DNA of 64,000 nucleotides, taken from assembly GCA_964016885.1 (NCBI GenBank), contig OZ024743.1, positions 19,530,001 through 19,594,000 of the forward strand. The letters run 5' to 3'. The DNA is from Eledone cirrhosa. Its lineage: Eukaryota. Positions 52,066-64,000 of this stretch are shown here, piece by piece; position 1 is the first letter of the stretch; each line of letters begins with the position of its first letter. A program made the position numbers and the translations under genes. The notes beneath the pieces were generated by a model. It was not told the origin of the DNA and searched no databases. It saw only the letters and a list, made by a program, of their open reading frames with translations.

Positions 52066-52170
52066 ATCCCGCCGAGGTTGACTTTGCTTTTCATCCTTAC
52101 GGGGTAGATAAAATGAAGTACCAGTAATGTACTGGGTAATTGCTGGCCTTGTGCCTAAAGTAGAAACAAT
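52066..52170 (+). mobile_element. Deu/Nin-like SINE, 5'-truncated, in (ATT)n
   Basis: atcccgccgaggttgactttgcttttcatccttacggggtagataaaat...gtagaaacaattatt. Confidence 0.8.
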
Positions 52171-52204
52171 TATTATTATTACCATTATTATTATTATTAT
52201 TGGC

Positions 52205-55200
52205 ATCCTACGTAGGAAATTGTATTATCGTGAGCTCCACAAAGGTTTGTTGTTTTCAGTTGTTTCAAATTGCCAGTTTTGGAAATTGTTTGTTGTTAAG
52301 TGTTTATAAGTTCATATATATTGCTTTCTGAAAAGGACACTCAATAACATTGGGGCCTTGAGCCCAGAATTTAAACTTTTATTTTATCAAACAAAAATTT
52401 CTTTGCGAAAAAAGAAAACATGGACGTCATTCAGCGACCCAATTCTGCTGACAGACTAACATCTTCCACCACCACCACCACCACTGTAAACCTTGCTACG
52501 GTTACCAACACTTAAAATATAAGTAACAGCAGTCTCAATTATTTAGATTTGTCACATGCAGACATGGATTTCCAGCCATTAACAATGTATACAGGTGTTA
52601 AAGCCGCCATCCCCACCACAATGTCAAAAAGAACAACCAACACCACTGATACTACCCCCACCACCACAGCAATAACTGAAACAAAAAATAAATTATTATC
52701 TCGTGATATCGAAATGGATTCTCCGAAAATCGACTCTTCCACGCCGAACGCCACTGACACCACCACCACCACCACAACTGAAACTAAAAATAATAATAAT
52801 AAAAATAACAATAACAACAACAGCAACAAAAAGAATAACAACAACAACATCAACACCAGCGCAAAACCAAATGTGTCGTTTGCTAAACTGGCAAACAAAA
52901 ATGAAGCGGTTGAGATAATCCAGGAAGAATTGAATGAAGCCAAGCGAATGGTAAAAAAATATGGTTACAGGGTTAGCCTCAAATCTAATACCATGGAGCG
53001 CATCGACGCCTGTGTACCGTGTCATATCGCACGATAGACATTAAAACACGTCGAGTGGAACGGGCATCCGAGTCCCAGATACAAAAAGCTTTGGGTCATG
53101 TGTGGGCCAAAAAAACCCACAAACAAACAAACTAACGAAAAAGTAAAGCCAGCTATGTCACCACCCACATCAGCCTCACCAGCCCCATCACCACAAACAC
53201 CAATACCATCACCATCATTAACTCCAACACCACCATCACCAACACCACAAAAATCACCAAAAAGCGAAACAGAAACAAACCCACAACAAACGCAAACAAA
53301 ACAAAGCAACCAGAACGATACACACTACACAGCATTAAATGTGAACTACAACCAACTATTACACTACATCCAACACAACACCAGCATCACAGAAAAAGAC
53401 TATACAACACCCCAAAAGTTCACACCACCTACACACATACAAATCACTCGCATCACACAGAAAACATACACGACAATAAATTTAAAATTCCCCAGAGACA
53501 TCGGACACCTCCAACGAACAATATCTAGGAGAATTTATAAAGACATCCTTCTGGAGGGGGGGTGCACAAGAAGGGAGAAGGACAGAAAAACCATTCTCCC
53601 TCTTCAAGAAGTGAGGTAAGTGGTCTTTCCCATCTGTTTCCACTCAACATGACCTTACTCAGAATAGGCAGCATAAATGCGCGTGGCCTGGGTCGTCATG
53701 GAAGCAGGGCCACCTGCTCAACGACCTCAGGTCACTAAACATAGATGTGGTGGTCATCAGCGAGACCAGATTCTCCGATACACGGGCCTTCACACCGATC
53801 TTCGGCGGCTACGATGTATACGCATCTCCCAGCCGTCCAGGATCGGGCGAGGGGTTGCTGTGCTTTTTTGGAGAGGCTTCGATCTCGACATACGGGCCAT
53901 CTTTCTGGACCCAGAAGGTAAGTTGGTGGTGCTGGACATGACCAGCGGAGACGGGCAAGCTTTCAAGCTAGAGGCCGTCTATGCCCTCACAGGAGTAGAG
54001 CGGCCAGATTTCTTCCGGTATGTGGAGACCTTCCCTGGAACGTCCCGCACTTTAGTGTTAGTGGGCGACTGGAACGGGATCTTAGATGCACGCTGGGACT
54101 GTGTAGGATTAGCGGATAGTGGAGGAGGGTGTAAAAGCCTCGCAAACCTGCTCAGACGGGTTGCAACTGTCTGACAGGTACCGTCTGGATTTCCCGAATG
54201 TGCTAATGTGGACATGGACAAATCGCATCGGGTCATCCAGATCATATCTTGATAGGGTATTTTGTAGGGAAATAGATAGGTCAAGCATAAGCTGTCTACA
54301 ATTCAAAATAGTCGACTACACGGACCACAATTTCGTGATCTGTCAGGTTGACTTAGATAGGCTTTATTGACAGGGACCCGGCTACTGGAAGCTAAACGCG
54401 TCGTTAACAGCGCGAAAGGCCTACAGAGACCGGATTAGCGAACTAGTTATGCGGGCGTTGACGGGGGCCATCGTCAACAACAAATGGTGGTTTGCTCTTA
54501 AAAGATAGATTAGATTACAATCCATTAGGTTTAGTAAGGCGTTAGCAATAGTGAAAAATAGAGCAGATGGAGAACTAGTTAGAAAATTAGACGAGGCGCT
54601 TCGTAAAGGCATCGCGACCGACGTGCTTGCGGCGAAATTGGCCCTCGACCAATTCTTTAATGCAAAGCACGAAGGCTGCGTTGTCAGAGCTAGGGTGCGT
54701 GCTATCAGACATGAGGGGAGGAAAGCCGTTCAATGGGCCCGAGTCTCGGAAGTCCGTCGTGGCAACAAAGACACGATCCAGTCTTTGGTGGACCACGACG
54801 GGCGCATGCTACCCGATCCCGGGCAAATGTATGAAGCTTTTCAGCGACACTTCGCCCAGATGTTTGGGAGCAGCGGTAGGCCGGACGCGGGATGGACTTT
54901 AGTGACGACCTCGACGGACTGTTTCGGCTCTCGGCCACTATGGCAGAGTGTTGCCAAAAGCCGATACTTGCAATGACTGGCTGCAGATGGGGTAAATCGC
55001 CTGGTTTGGAAGGTCTGCCCTACGAACTTTACGTACACATGCCCGACTTGTTCGGAGACCTCTTTGCAGACGTCTACTGCAACTGGCAACAACGGTAGAA
55101 TTTCCAGCTGTGTGAGCCGAGGAGTGCTGATGAGATAGGATCCGCACAGGGGGGGGGGGGATAACATAGATTATTTCAGGCCGATAACTCTGCTAAACAC

Positions 55201-55788
55201 AGAGTTCAAGATTTTGGCCAAGGTGCTAGCAAAGAGATTAGCGCTTGTCGTTGGTGGTCTGGTGGGAGAGGCACAGACATGCGCCATTCCAGACAGATCC
55301 ATCCACAACAACCTCCATCTCTTGCGTTACATCGTGGAGAGGGTAGCTAGGGAACCTGGCACGGGTGTGTCCTTGATCAATTTAGATCAGTCGAATGCTT
55401 TCCATAGTTTCGACCATCGTTATCTGGCGTGAATCCTGAGAGCGGTTGGCTTTGGGCCCGTCTTCAGAGGCTGGATCGTTGCCATGCACAGCGACATCTG
55501 CTCTGTGGTGAGAGTGAACGGTCACCTTTCGGAACCGTTCAACATAATGCGCTCGGTCCGCCAAGGATGTCCCCTCTCATCCCTGTTGTATGTATTGACT
55601 CTTGAGCCATTACTGCACAAACTGGAGACGTTCAGGGGAGTCCCGCGTGAACAGCGATGCGGAAGATCCATGTCAGCATATGCAGACGATATCACCGTAA
55701 TAGTGTCGAACGCCAAACGCATCGAGGCGATCGGCACTACACTAAGAGAATACGAGTTGGTGACAGGAGCAATGATCAACCAAGAAAG
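52205..55788 (+). mobile_element. Degenerate L1/Tx1-type LINE (copy C, divergent family), 3'-truncated
   Basis: Low-complexity ORF1 relics (52549..53037, 53098..53619). ORF2 ATG at 53649 (MTLLRIGSINARGL), then LVGDWNGILD, SRSYLDR, YTDH, GPGYWKLN, RQGCPLS, AYADDIT. 5' boundary approximate. Confidence 0.88.
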
Positions 55789-57061
55789 GTCACCTGCTCA
55801 ACAATCTCAGGTCCCTAAACATAGATGTTGTGGGCATCAGCGAGACCAGAATCACCGCATCACGAGCATTCGCACCGATGTTCGGCGGCCACGGTGTATA
55901 CGCATCTCAGCCGTCCAGGATCGGGGGGATGAGTTGCGTGCTTTTTCGGAGAGGCTTGGATCTCGCCATACGAGCCATCTTCCTGGACCCAGAAGGTAAG
56001 TCGGTGGTGCTGGACGTGACCGGCAGCGTAGGCAATGCTTTCAGGATAGCAGCTGTCTACGTCCCAACAGGGGCTGGACGGCCAGTTTCTTCAGACGTCT
56101 AGAGACCTTTCTTGGAATGTCCCGCTCGTTAATGTTTGTGGGCGACTGGAACAGTATCTTAGATGCACGCTGGGATTATGTGGGGCTAGTAGACAGGACA
56201 GGAGGGTGTAAAAGCTTCAACAACCTGCTCAGACGTTTTGAACTGTCTGACAGGTATAACGTGGATCATACGAATGTGCCAATGTGCACATGGGACATGC
56301 TTGTGGACATGTGGACATGTGGACATGCTTGCGGTGAGATTGGCACTCAACCAATTCTTCAACGCAAACCATGAAGGCTACGTTGTCAGAGCTAGAGCGC
56401 GTGCTCTAAGACACGAGGGGACAAAAGCCGTTCAATGGGACCGGGTGGTAGAAGCGCGACGTGGCAACAAGTCCACAATTCGGTCTTTGCCTGATCAAAA
56501 TGGGCGCATGTTGTTCGAACCCGAGCAGGTGTGTGTGGCTTTTCAACAGCACTTTGCTCAATTGTCGGGAGCGGTGGCGGGCCGGTTCGGAGTATGGACT
56601 TTGGTGCATACCTCGACAGACTGCTGTGGATCTCGACGACTGCAGCGCAGCGCTGCGAAAAGCCGATAACAGCAGGTGAAATACGGAAAGCGATGTCTGA
56701 CTGCACGAGGGGTAAATCGCCAGGTTTGGATGGTCTGCCCTACGAGCTTTATGCATATATGCCAGATTTGGTCGGAGACCTCTTGACAGATGGCTCCTGC
56801 AACTGGCAGCAGAACGGGAGCTTTCCCGGTTTTGTGAGCCTGGGAGCGGTGGCGCTGCTGAGAAAAGACCCGAACAGGAGGACGTTATAGACAACTCCAG
56901 GCCCATAACTCTGCTAAACGCAGAGTTTAAGATTTTGGCCAAGGTGTTAGCAAAGAGATTGGCGCTCGTTGTCGGTAATCTGGTGGGAGCGGCGCAGACA
57001 TGCGCCATTCCGGACTGATCCATCCACGACAACCTACATTTCATGCGATACATCATAGAGA
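55789..57061 (+). mobile_element. L1/Tx1-type ORF2 fragment (copy D) fused head-to-tail to copy C, with an internal deletion near 56300
   Basis: The sequence restarts at the endonuclease N-terminus (cacctgctcaac.a.ctcaggtc.ctaaacatagatgt, compare 53711) and ends at IHDNLHFMRYIIE. Confidence 0.85.
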
Positions 57062-57473
57062 GTGCACAAAAATAATCTATGTTAGTGTCACTTTATAGTG
57101 TTCGATGTTACACATGTATTTATATTTTTAATACAAAGGATTATACCGCCCTCCCAGAATCCAGTGTACGCAATACACCAAACTCGACAAAAATGTTTTA
57201 TTGGAAAGTCGTTAATGATTGAAATCTCATCAAAGGTGGGGTTCAATCATGTTTCTAAATATCACGTAAGTATCTTATCACATCAGACATCACTTATGGT
57301 GTGGTTTATATTTGTTTAATCACCACCGGGTTACCAGTTTGTAGGGATTAAACATTCTTTTATTACAATAAATAAAACACAAAATCAAATATAGATCATT
57401 GTATACTGGCTTTATTCTCACGTTGTAAATGTAGTTTACCCTTTCATAGATTTGCATCAAAGTATATAGTGCT

Positions 57474-57539
<66 letters not shown>

Positions 57540-58706
57540 ACATACAAACATACATACATGCATATGTGACTACATTCATACACACAGTCAGACAGGCATA
57601 CAGACACGCATCCATGCATACATACTCCATACATACATGCCATACTACACACATGTATAAGTGGGTGAGTGTATATGTATGTGTGGGTAGTGAAAGTGAG
57701 AGTGATAGATATAGGATAACATTCACTTACTGCTAATTATTTTCTATTTGTGGTTTGATCAACCTCTTGTGCGTTAAATGAGATATAAAATGAGATACTG
57801 ATCGAAAATTACCAGATGTGATACGTGTTTGCTTGGGGTATGACTACTTTTTAGTTTTAAATATTTCTATTTATTTACAATACATATGCTTTTGGGAAAT
57901 GCATGGACTTTAGAAAATCTCATTTTCAATGTTTCTTTAACCATGAAATGTTTCATCAACACAGTATATGTACAAATAACTACCACACAAAATATTCAAT
58001 AATTATTTAACTATATCATTCAATAGAGATTCACGATTTAAAATATTCGTCAACTTATTAATAGTTGTGTTCTTATGTGAAAAATGAAATTAATAATAGC
58101 AGAGCCAATATCTGTTTTCTCTCTGTTAGATATCAGCAAATACTGTCATATAACATCGAACTTTTAACCCTATATATTTCTACGGAATAATATCAGATTC
58201 TAAGTAATATCAATATTGTGTAGAAATATGTAATTTACGAGTTTTGAATCCCACCCAATAAGAATATGTTAACAGAAGATATAGAAAATATAAGGAGTTT
58301 TGTTTTATGGTGACATATATCAAAGTATATTAATTTATGTGTAAAGGAGTTGGTACACTTGATAGAAACGACCCCATTATTGCTTGATATTATTTCACCC
58401 TGCTCTGACTGGCGAAAAGCAAGATCGACATCGTCAGAAATAGAATCGGAACTTAGACTTAAGTGATGTATCAGCTTAAATCACAACCTTCTCTGTCCTA
58501 CCGTTTTGCGAACTCAGATGTACTTATATATTTATATATAACACATTCTTGTCAAAATGTTGTATCGCTGCTCAATACTTTCCTAAAAATAATTTTCAGT
58601 CAATCAGAATAGCAAGCTTAATTAGGAATGTATGACTGTAAAGGAATTGAATTTGCACTTGAGTGGTTGACGTAATATCTTGCCAACTATAATACAATTA
58701 CATAAC

Positions 58707-58822
58707 CTGTGGGTGACGTGAGAAAACTCGCTCTTGTTCCGAGAGATCTGGATCTTGAACTATGCTGCTTCATACTACTGCGGCACATGAGGTGGAGTTT
58801 CTTCCCCTCTTTCACATGTGAG
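58707..58822 (-). other. Candidate 116-nt coding exon (Ig-like strand motif)
   Basis: Polypyrimidine acceptor cctttacttttacag| and donor cag|gttatg; only one open frame, SHVKEGKKLHLMCRSS... Confidence 0.25.
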
Positions 58823-60399
58823 CTGTAAAAGTAAAGGTACGTAAATATATAAGATAAGTAGTCCGTCATTGCCGGGCCAATTCCACTATAGGGTGCCTGT
58901 ATTATTTTTATTTTATTATATGTCAAACTATGTTCATCACCCGTTACTTATTCCCCATGATCCGACCCCGCAAATCATCAATCGTCTCCAATGTGGTTTT
59001 TATGGAAATTTACTCAGTGGAGTTGTAAGATGAAGTGGTATGAGTGGCTTGTGTTCATTAACGTGAGCGTCTTCACGTAAAGGTCGGGTGACCTCAGTGA
59101 GGACAACTTATTTACTTCATAGTGAAACCAATGCCCACTGCTTACAGCATGTGACTATCAATAAATCAATAAAAGCTAGACTACATAAACACTCACAGCA
59201 TCACTGATGATTGAGACTATTATTATTTTCTTTTTTGTTTATCCTTTATTCCCTTCAGAATTAAGAGATCCCATGTACCCCCCCCCCCCCCCCCCAACAT
59301 TCTGGTTCCGAAAGTCAAATCCATTTTTCTCTATTACGCATATATACACCCATACACCATCAAATATATAGTAGGTTTTGTCCGGCACGTTACCAATTCT
59401 GTTGCACATAAAACTTATTTAATAATATTTTTGATATAGGCACAAGACCAGTATCTGGTGGAAGGAAAGTTTACAGGTACTTTATTGTATTGTAGTAATG
59501 CACAAACATAACGATCTCCCCGGCAAGAGTGCGAATTTTAACAACTCGACATATTTCAGATAATTTTCAACCCGGCAATACTTACAAGAAATATCACTTA
59601 ACAATGCATCCGTTGGGATTAATACTATTCAGTATAAACAGTACAGGCATGGTTGTACTGTTGGTCTATCCGAAATACCTGCAGTTAATACACACTCCTT
59701 GAATGACCATTAATTTGTGACGTTTTATGACGTATATGTGTAATAATTTACATGACAGATCCGACTATCAGTCATGCCTCTTGTGTAAATTGTCCTGCTG
59801 CCTTATTTGGTCTGGAAGGACAGCCGGTTCAAAGCGATTTATTTCGTAGCTATAGTGAAAGACGATGAAAGGGCAGAGGGCAGGCACTTTGCTGTTCAGA
59901 CAAGTTTAATTTGATCATATAATTGAGAAGGAAATTGAAGATGGAAAATGAGATTATGTTCTCTAGTAAATCTTCCTATAGATGCGCTATAGTGGTACGT
60001 AGGGCATAGTTGAGTGGATATACGAAGTATTACAGAACACCTGCCCTTGGTACCGAGGTTCCTTGATTGTTACGAGATAGTTATCTCCCAGTTAACACGT
60101 GCCGTATCATTAATTTTGTATATAGACTAATTTGGTCGAGTAATGTTTCATATGAATAGCCTTCGTGGAAATAAACAAATGATAATGATGAATATTATAT
60201 TTCAGTTATTTGTTATTATTGCGGGAAATAGCTTCCCTGGAGCTTGGTTATGTATTTGTCTTCATGCTGTTAATTATTCGAACAACATCTATTATTATCT
60301 CACTTGCTTCTGTTTTCTGTCTCCACATTCTGGCTATCAATATTTTCAACATTTCAACTCTCGGTGATAATATTTCTGTCTTGTCACACTTTTTCCCAT

Positions 60400-61950
60400 T
60401 GTGTGCTTCATATGCATATCCGATCGATTAATCTTGACATTATTGTACCTGTAGATCAGCATATTCGAGATTATGGTCACTTTATCACCATCTGGTAAGT
60501 GTTCTGCTCTATTTTGGTACCACATCTTCAATGCTGATATTTCATAATACCAACATAATTCTCAGTGCATGATAGCTCCGATTAAATTATGCCTGAAAGT
60601 ATGTTTAATTCTTTCTCTCTAGGTGCAATATGTTACGCAGCACTTAGTGCATTCTGCTTTAATGCATGTTTTATTTATTAGATTGGTTTGATCCTGCGTC
60701 GCAATAACGTTCAATGCTAATCTCTGCGCTTCACAGCCAGTTGTTCTGTTCACTTTTTGTAGTTATTGACCGTATGCTGTTTCTTCTTGCAATCGCTATA
60801 AATTAGCATCTGTATCCCAATCTGTTGTTTCATTTTTAGCCTTTTCACAATTTTTCCTTACAATTTATGTGTTACTCAAGATTTTAAGATTTATTTGTTG
60901 GTTCTATTTAATATAGAAACCAATTAATTGTTTGTTTGAGGAATGGTTTGTAGTTATATATGTTAGTTTTTTATTGCTTTTCACTAAGAATTGTTGTAGT
61001 CCTACAGTGAATATTTTATGATAGCTTTGTTTCAGAAATGGCCCATACGTTCTTGATTTCTAGTTCATATTATTAATAATTTTTATGTCAAATTTTAGTG
61101 CTAAGTCCCAAGTGCTTTCATTAATCTTGCTTTGTAAAGAATATTATAAAAAAAAGTGATTACTGGAATAGCTCGTGTATTGATGCTTATTACTTTACAT
61201 TATTCATGCAGCTGTTTTGTGTATTAGTCTTATAAAATTGTAATATTCCTTTTTAAATCTGTCTTTCATATATATGTGTTGCACTCTGCTTTGAATGTTA
61301 ATTATTATTTCTACTACCACAATAATGACTAATGTATCTAGTATACACCAGTGGAAACATTGTCAAAAACCTTTTTACAATCAATCCAAACAATGCTCGG
61401 AGAGTTATTTTTCGTGAGGAAATATTCATTTAGAGTTTGTTGATCAATAATCACTGTTTCCAAACATGAGACATCACTGTATCCTTTTAGCTTTGCCTTT
61501 CATCCTTACAGGGTCGATAAAATAAAGTAGCATTAACGCACTGGGCTCCATTTAATCGTCTTTCCTCTCTCATCAAATTATGGCATTGTGTCTGTAGTAG
61601 AAACCATTATTATTTACGCATTATCACTACATTAATGAGCACTGATCTATGCGTCTTGGTTATATGCGGCGTGGTTAAGGTGGTGTTGTTTCTATTATAT
61701 TGAGAGTGTCTTCCTATTATATGTGCAGTGTATAGATAAGCAAGTCCCGGGGTTTGGTTATATGTTTGTCTGTGTGATATTTATCTGTAAACTGAAGAGT
61801 TCAGACAGGCCTGTGGGCACTTTCCTATGTTTCTATCTCTGGAGGTCTTAAAATACTCCTTGGGGTTTTTAATTCATTGATATTATGTTTCCTGTTTTCT
61901 TGGTTTACATGATTATGTGTCCTTGTGCATATCTACTGTCTTTTCTGTAA
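60400..61950 (-). mobile_element. Highly decayed retroelement, probably Penelope-like
   Basis: A-rich minus strand with faint RT-like relics around 61700-61810 and 61200-61350; no intact motif. Confidence 0.3.
61488..61612 (+). mobile_element. Deu/Nin-like SINE fragment
   Basis: ctttgcctttcatccttacagggtcgataaaataaagtagc...gtagaaaccattatt. Confidence 0.7.
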
Positions 61951-61957
61951 TATTAGT

Positions 61958-62775
61958 CTTATTTTCTTTACTTGTCAGCTATGTATTACCGAACACATCT
62001 TGTGCATCTTGGATATGTGGAGCGTTTCTATTATACTAAAAGTAATCCTTGTAATATATGTACAGTTCCTAGTAGTGCTATGTGTTTAATGTTGTGTATA
62101 GTTGTAAGTCTTGGGGCTTTGGTAACGTATATGCCTGTGTGTTTTTTTATCATTCCATGGTTTTTGATTTCATTATCCACTTTCAGGTTGTTTCTATCTC
62201 TGTTTAGATAGTTTCCCAATTTCCTTGTTAACAATTAGCAAACATTTCCTTTTTTAAGTGTACTTTGACAATAATATTCCATCGGATGGCTTTGATCTCT
62301 CTGTCTGTACATTGCAATGCATGATTGTTTTGTCATTCTCTGACAACTTTTCTCCATCTTTTTTTTCTGATGATATTTTGTAGAGTTGGCATAACTTCCA
62401 GTGTATATACATCCCAACTCTATCATCTCTGGATATATAAGTTTTTGACTAGGACTGGGTAGCCAGAGATAATGTGGTTAATTGTTTCTCTCCCATCTCC
62501 ACATATTCTGCAGTTACTTACCATGTTCTACTTCAACGTGTATTACAGGTGGTTTCTGGTGGGGAGAATTGATCTTGTGCTGCAATCAGAAATCCTTCAG
62601 TCTTCGATTTTAGTCAAATGCTTCGTAATTATTATTTTTGCTGCTGTTCGCATTGTGTTTATAGCTATTTACATATTTGATTATTTTTGGATAATTTTTG
62701 TATGTTTCCTTTTAAGGCCAAATAATCTGTTGTCATTGATAAAAATATCCAGTTGATTAACCTTGATTTTTCTAT
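61958..62775 (-). mobile_element. R4/Dong-type RLE non-LTR retrotransposon 3' fragment
   Basis: KTEGFLIAAQDQ, CRICGDGRETINHIISGYPVL (CCHC relic), TDREIKAIR (PD-D/ExK region), MIKKHT..IKHIALLGTVHIL. Confidence 0.82.
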
Positions 62776-62841
62776 TATCATCATCATCATAATAATCAGT
62801 AGTATTATTATTATTATTATTAGTAGTAGTAGTAGTAGTAT

Positions 62842-62898
<57 letters not shown>

Positions 62899-62925
62899 AG
62901 GTGGTGGTGTTAGTGGTGGTGGTAT
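62776..62925. repeat. Compound trinucleotide microsatellite (TCA)n/(TAT)n/(TAG)n/(GGT)n
   Basis: Direct reading. Confidence 0.93.
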
Positions 62926-63385
62926 TAAACTTAAATATAGAGGCAGAATAATATACTTCCATTAGGATATAATTGATAATCAGCTGAAGCAGATATAGAA
63001 CAGTAATGCGTATTTGTATGTATATCTTCCGAAAGAAACTATACTGTTTGTATAATACGTATCGTCCGCATACATGCCGAGTTCCACTAGGTCGGTGATT
63101 GATTGTTTGTTCAACTGGATACTGGAAAAATCTTCGTTCATAGGGCGTGAATCTACCGAACGTAAATTTACCAATAGAGAATTTGAGCGGATCTCCACAT
63201 GTCATCGAAATACACGTGACTTTTACCCAAAAGCGAATTATTCTTGAAAGTGCTGTCGCTGCTTAAATCGATCTGTTGTAGCACACTTTATCAATTACAG
63301 CTAGATTTCCTGTTGAAGTTTATATTCTCTTGGAATAAATACAGTGTTAATAGATACATATGATCTACCATTAATTATACTCGAC

Positions 63386-63505
63386 TCTGAGTTCAAATCC
63401 CGCCGAGGTTAACTTTGCCTTTCATCCTTACGGGGTCGATAAAATAAAGTACCAGTAATACACTGGGATAATTACTGGCCTTGTGCCTAAAGTAGAAACA
63501 ATTAA
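63386..63505 (+). mobile_element. Deu/Nin-like SINE, 5'-truncated, with probable TSD
   Basis: ctgagttcaaatcccgccgaggttaactttgcctttcatcc...; ATTAATTATACTCGACT occurs on both sides (~63370-63386 and ~63501-63517). Confidence 0.8.
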
Positions 63506-63615
63506 TTATACTCGACTATCCTAGGATATGGCAGAAAATTACGTAAACATATATATATAGCATTGACCATTACATAGAATAAGCAACGTAACACTATACA
63601 TCTTTGTTATATTAA

Positions 63616-63703
<88 letters not shown>

Positions 63704-64000
63704 TGTGTGTGTGTGTGTGTGTATATAAACGTTTGTATTTGTAAAGCCAAAATAATGCAGGTATGGATATGTTGACAATTAGTCTTTTAAATAGCTTGCC
63801 AAGTCATGCAAGCTATTTAGAACGCTGGTTTAACCACTTTACTTCCCTCCGAAGAAGAGATATTATCTCGAAAATTAAGGATATTTAAATAAATTTAAGG
63901 TAAAAGACTAATTGACAACATTATCTTTTACATTTGCATTTATATTCTATATCCATACCTGCATTGTTTTGGCTTTACAAATACAAACGCTTATACCTCA

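Noticed and set aside
59081-59094. Nuclear-receptor response element AGGTCGggTGACCT
   Set aside because: Imperfect half-site with non-standard 2-bp spacing; expected by chance in 64 kb.
63788-63820. Hairpin aaatagcttgc/gcaagctattt as terminator or Helitron end
   Set aside because: No CTRR terminus at the expected distance; intrinsic terminators are irrelevant in this eukaryotic context.

Overview
AT-rich metazoan genomic DNA made almost entirely of nested transposable elements and (AT)n/(AG)n/(AC)n/(GAA)n microsatellites. The repeat repertoire suggests an Octopus-type cephalopod genome (inference). No confident host gene was found; there is one weak candidate exon at 58707-58822. Elements read from the sequence: a 5'-truncated CR1-group LINE; four L1/Tx1-type LINE copies (one full-length, one with a 1015-aa uninterrupted ORF2 and a 17-bp TSD, and a head-to-tail pair); a compact 4.2-kb Gypsy element; a solo LTR; RTE and R4/Dong fragments; a mariner relic; MITEs; two tRNA-SINE families; and at least four Penelope-like elements (PLEs), three of them with the GLYRDD/FNPP/CxLC signature of the Naiad type. 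The most notable signal is RNA structure. About ten type I hammerhead ribozyme motifs, intact or decayed, sit in PLE ends and in (AT)n-embedded foldback elements. Two of them (41223 and 51904) share an unusual, conserved 55-60 nt extended stem II. Two other leads: a GAG|GTAAGT donor overlapping a stop just before ORF2 in two divergent Tx1 families, which could splice ORF1 in frame to ORF2; and an in-frame TGA at a conserved zinc-finger Cys of a Naiad-type PLE (possible selenocysteine). All structures were paired by eye and family names come from motif recognition, not database searches.
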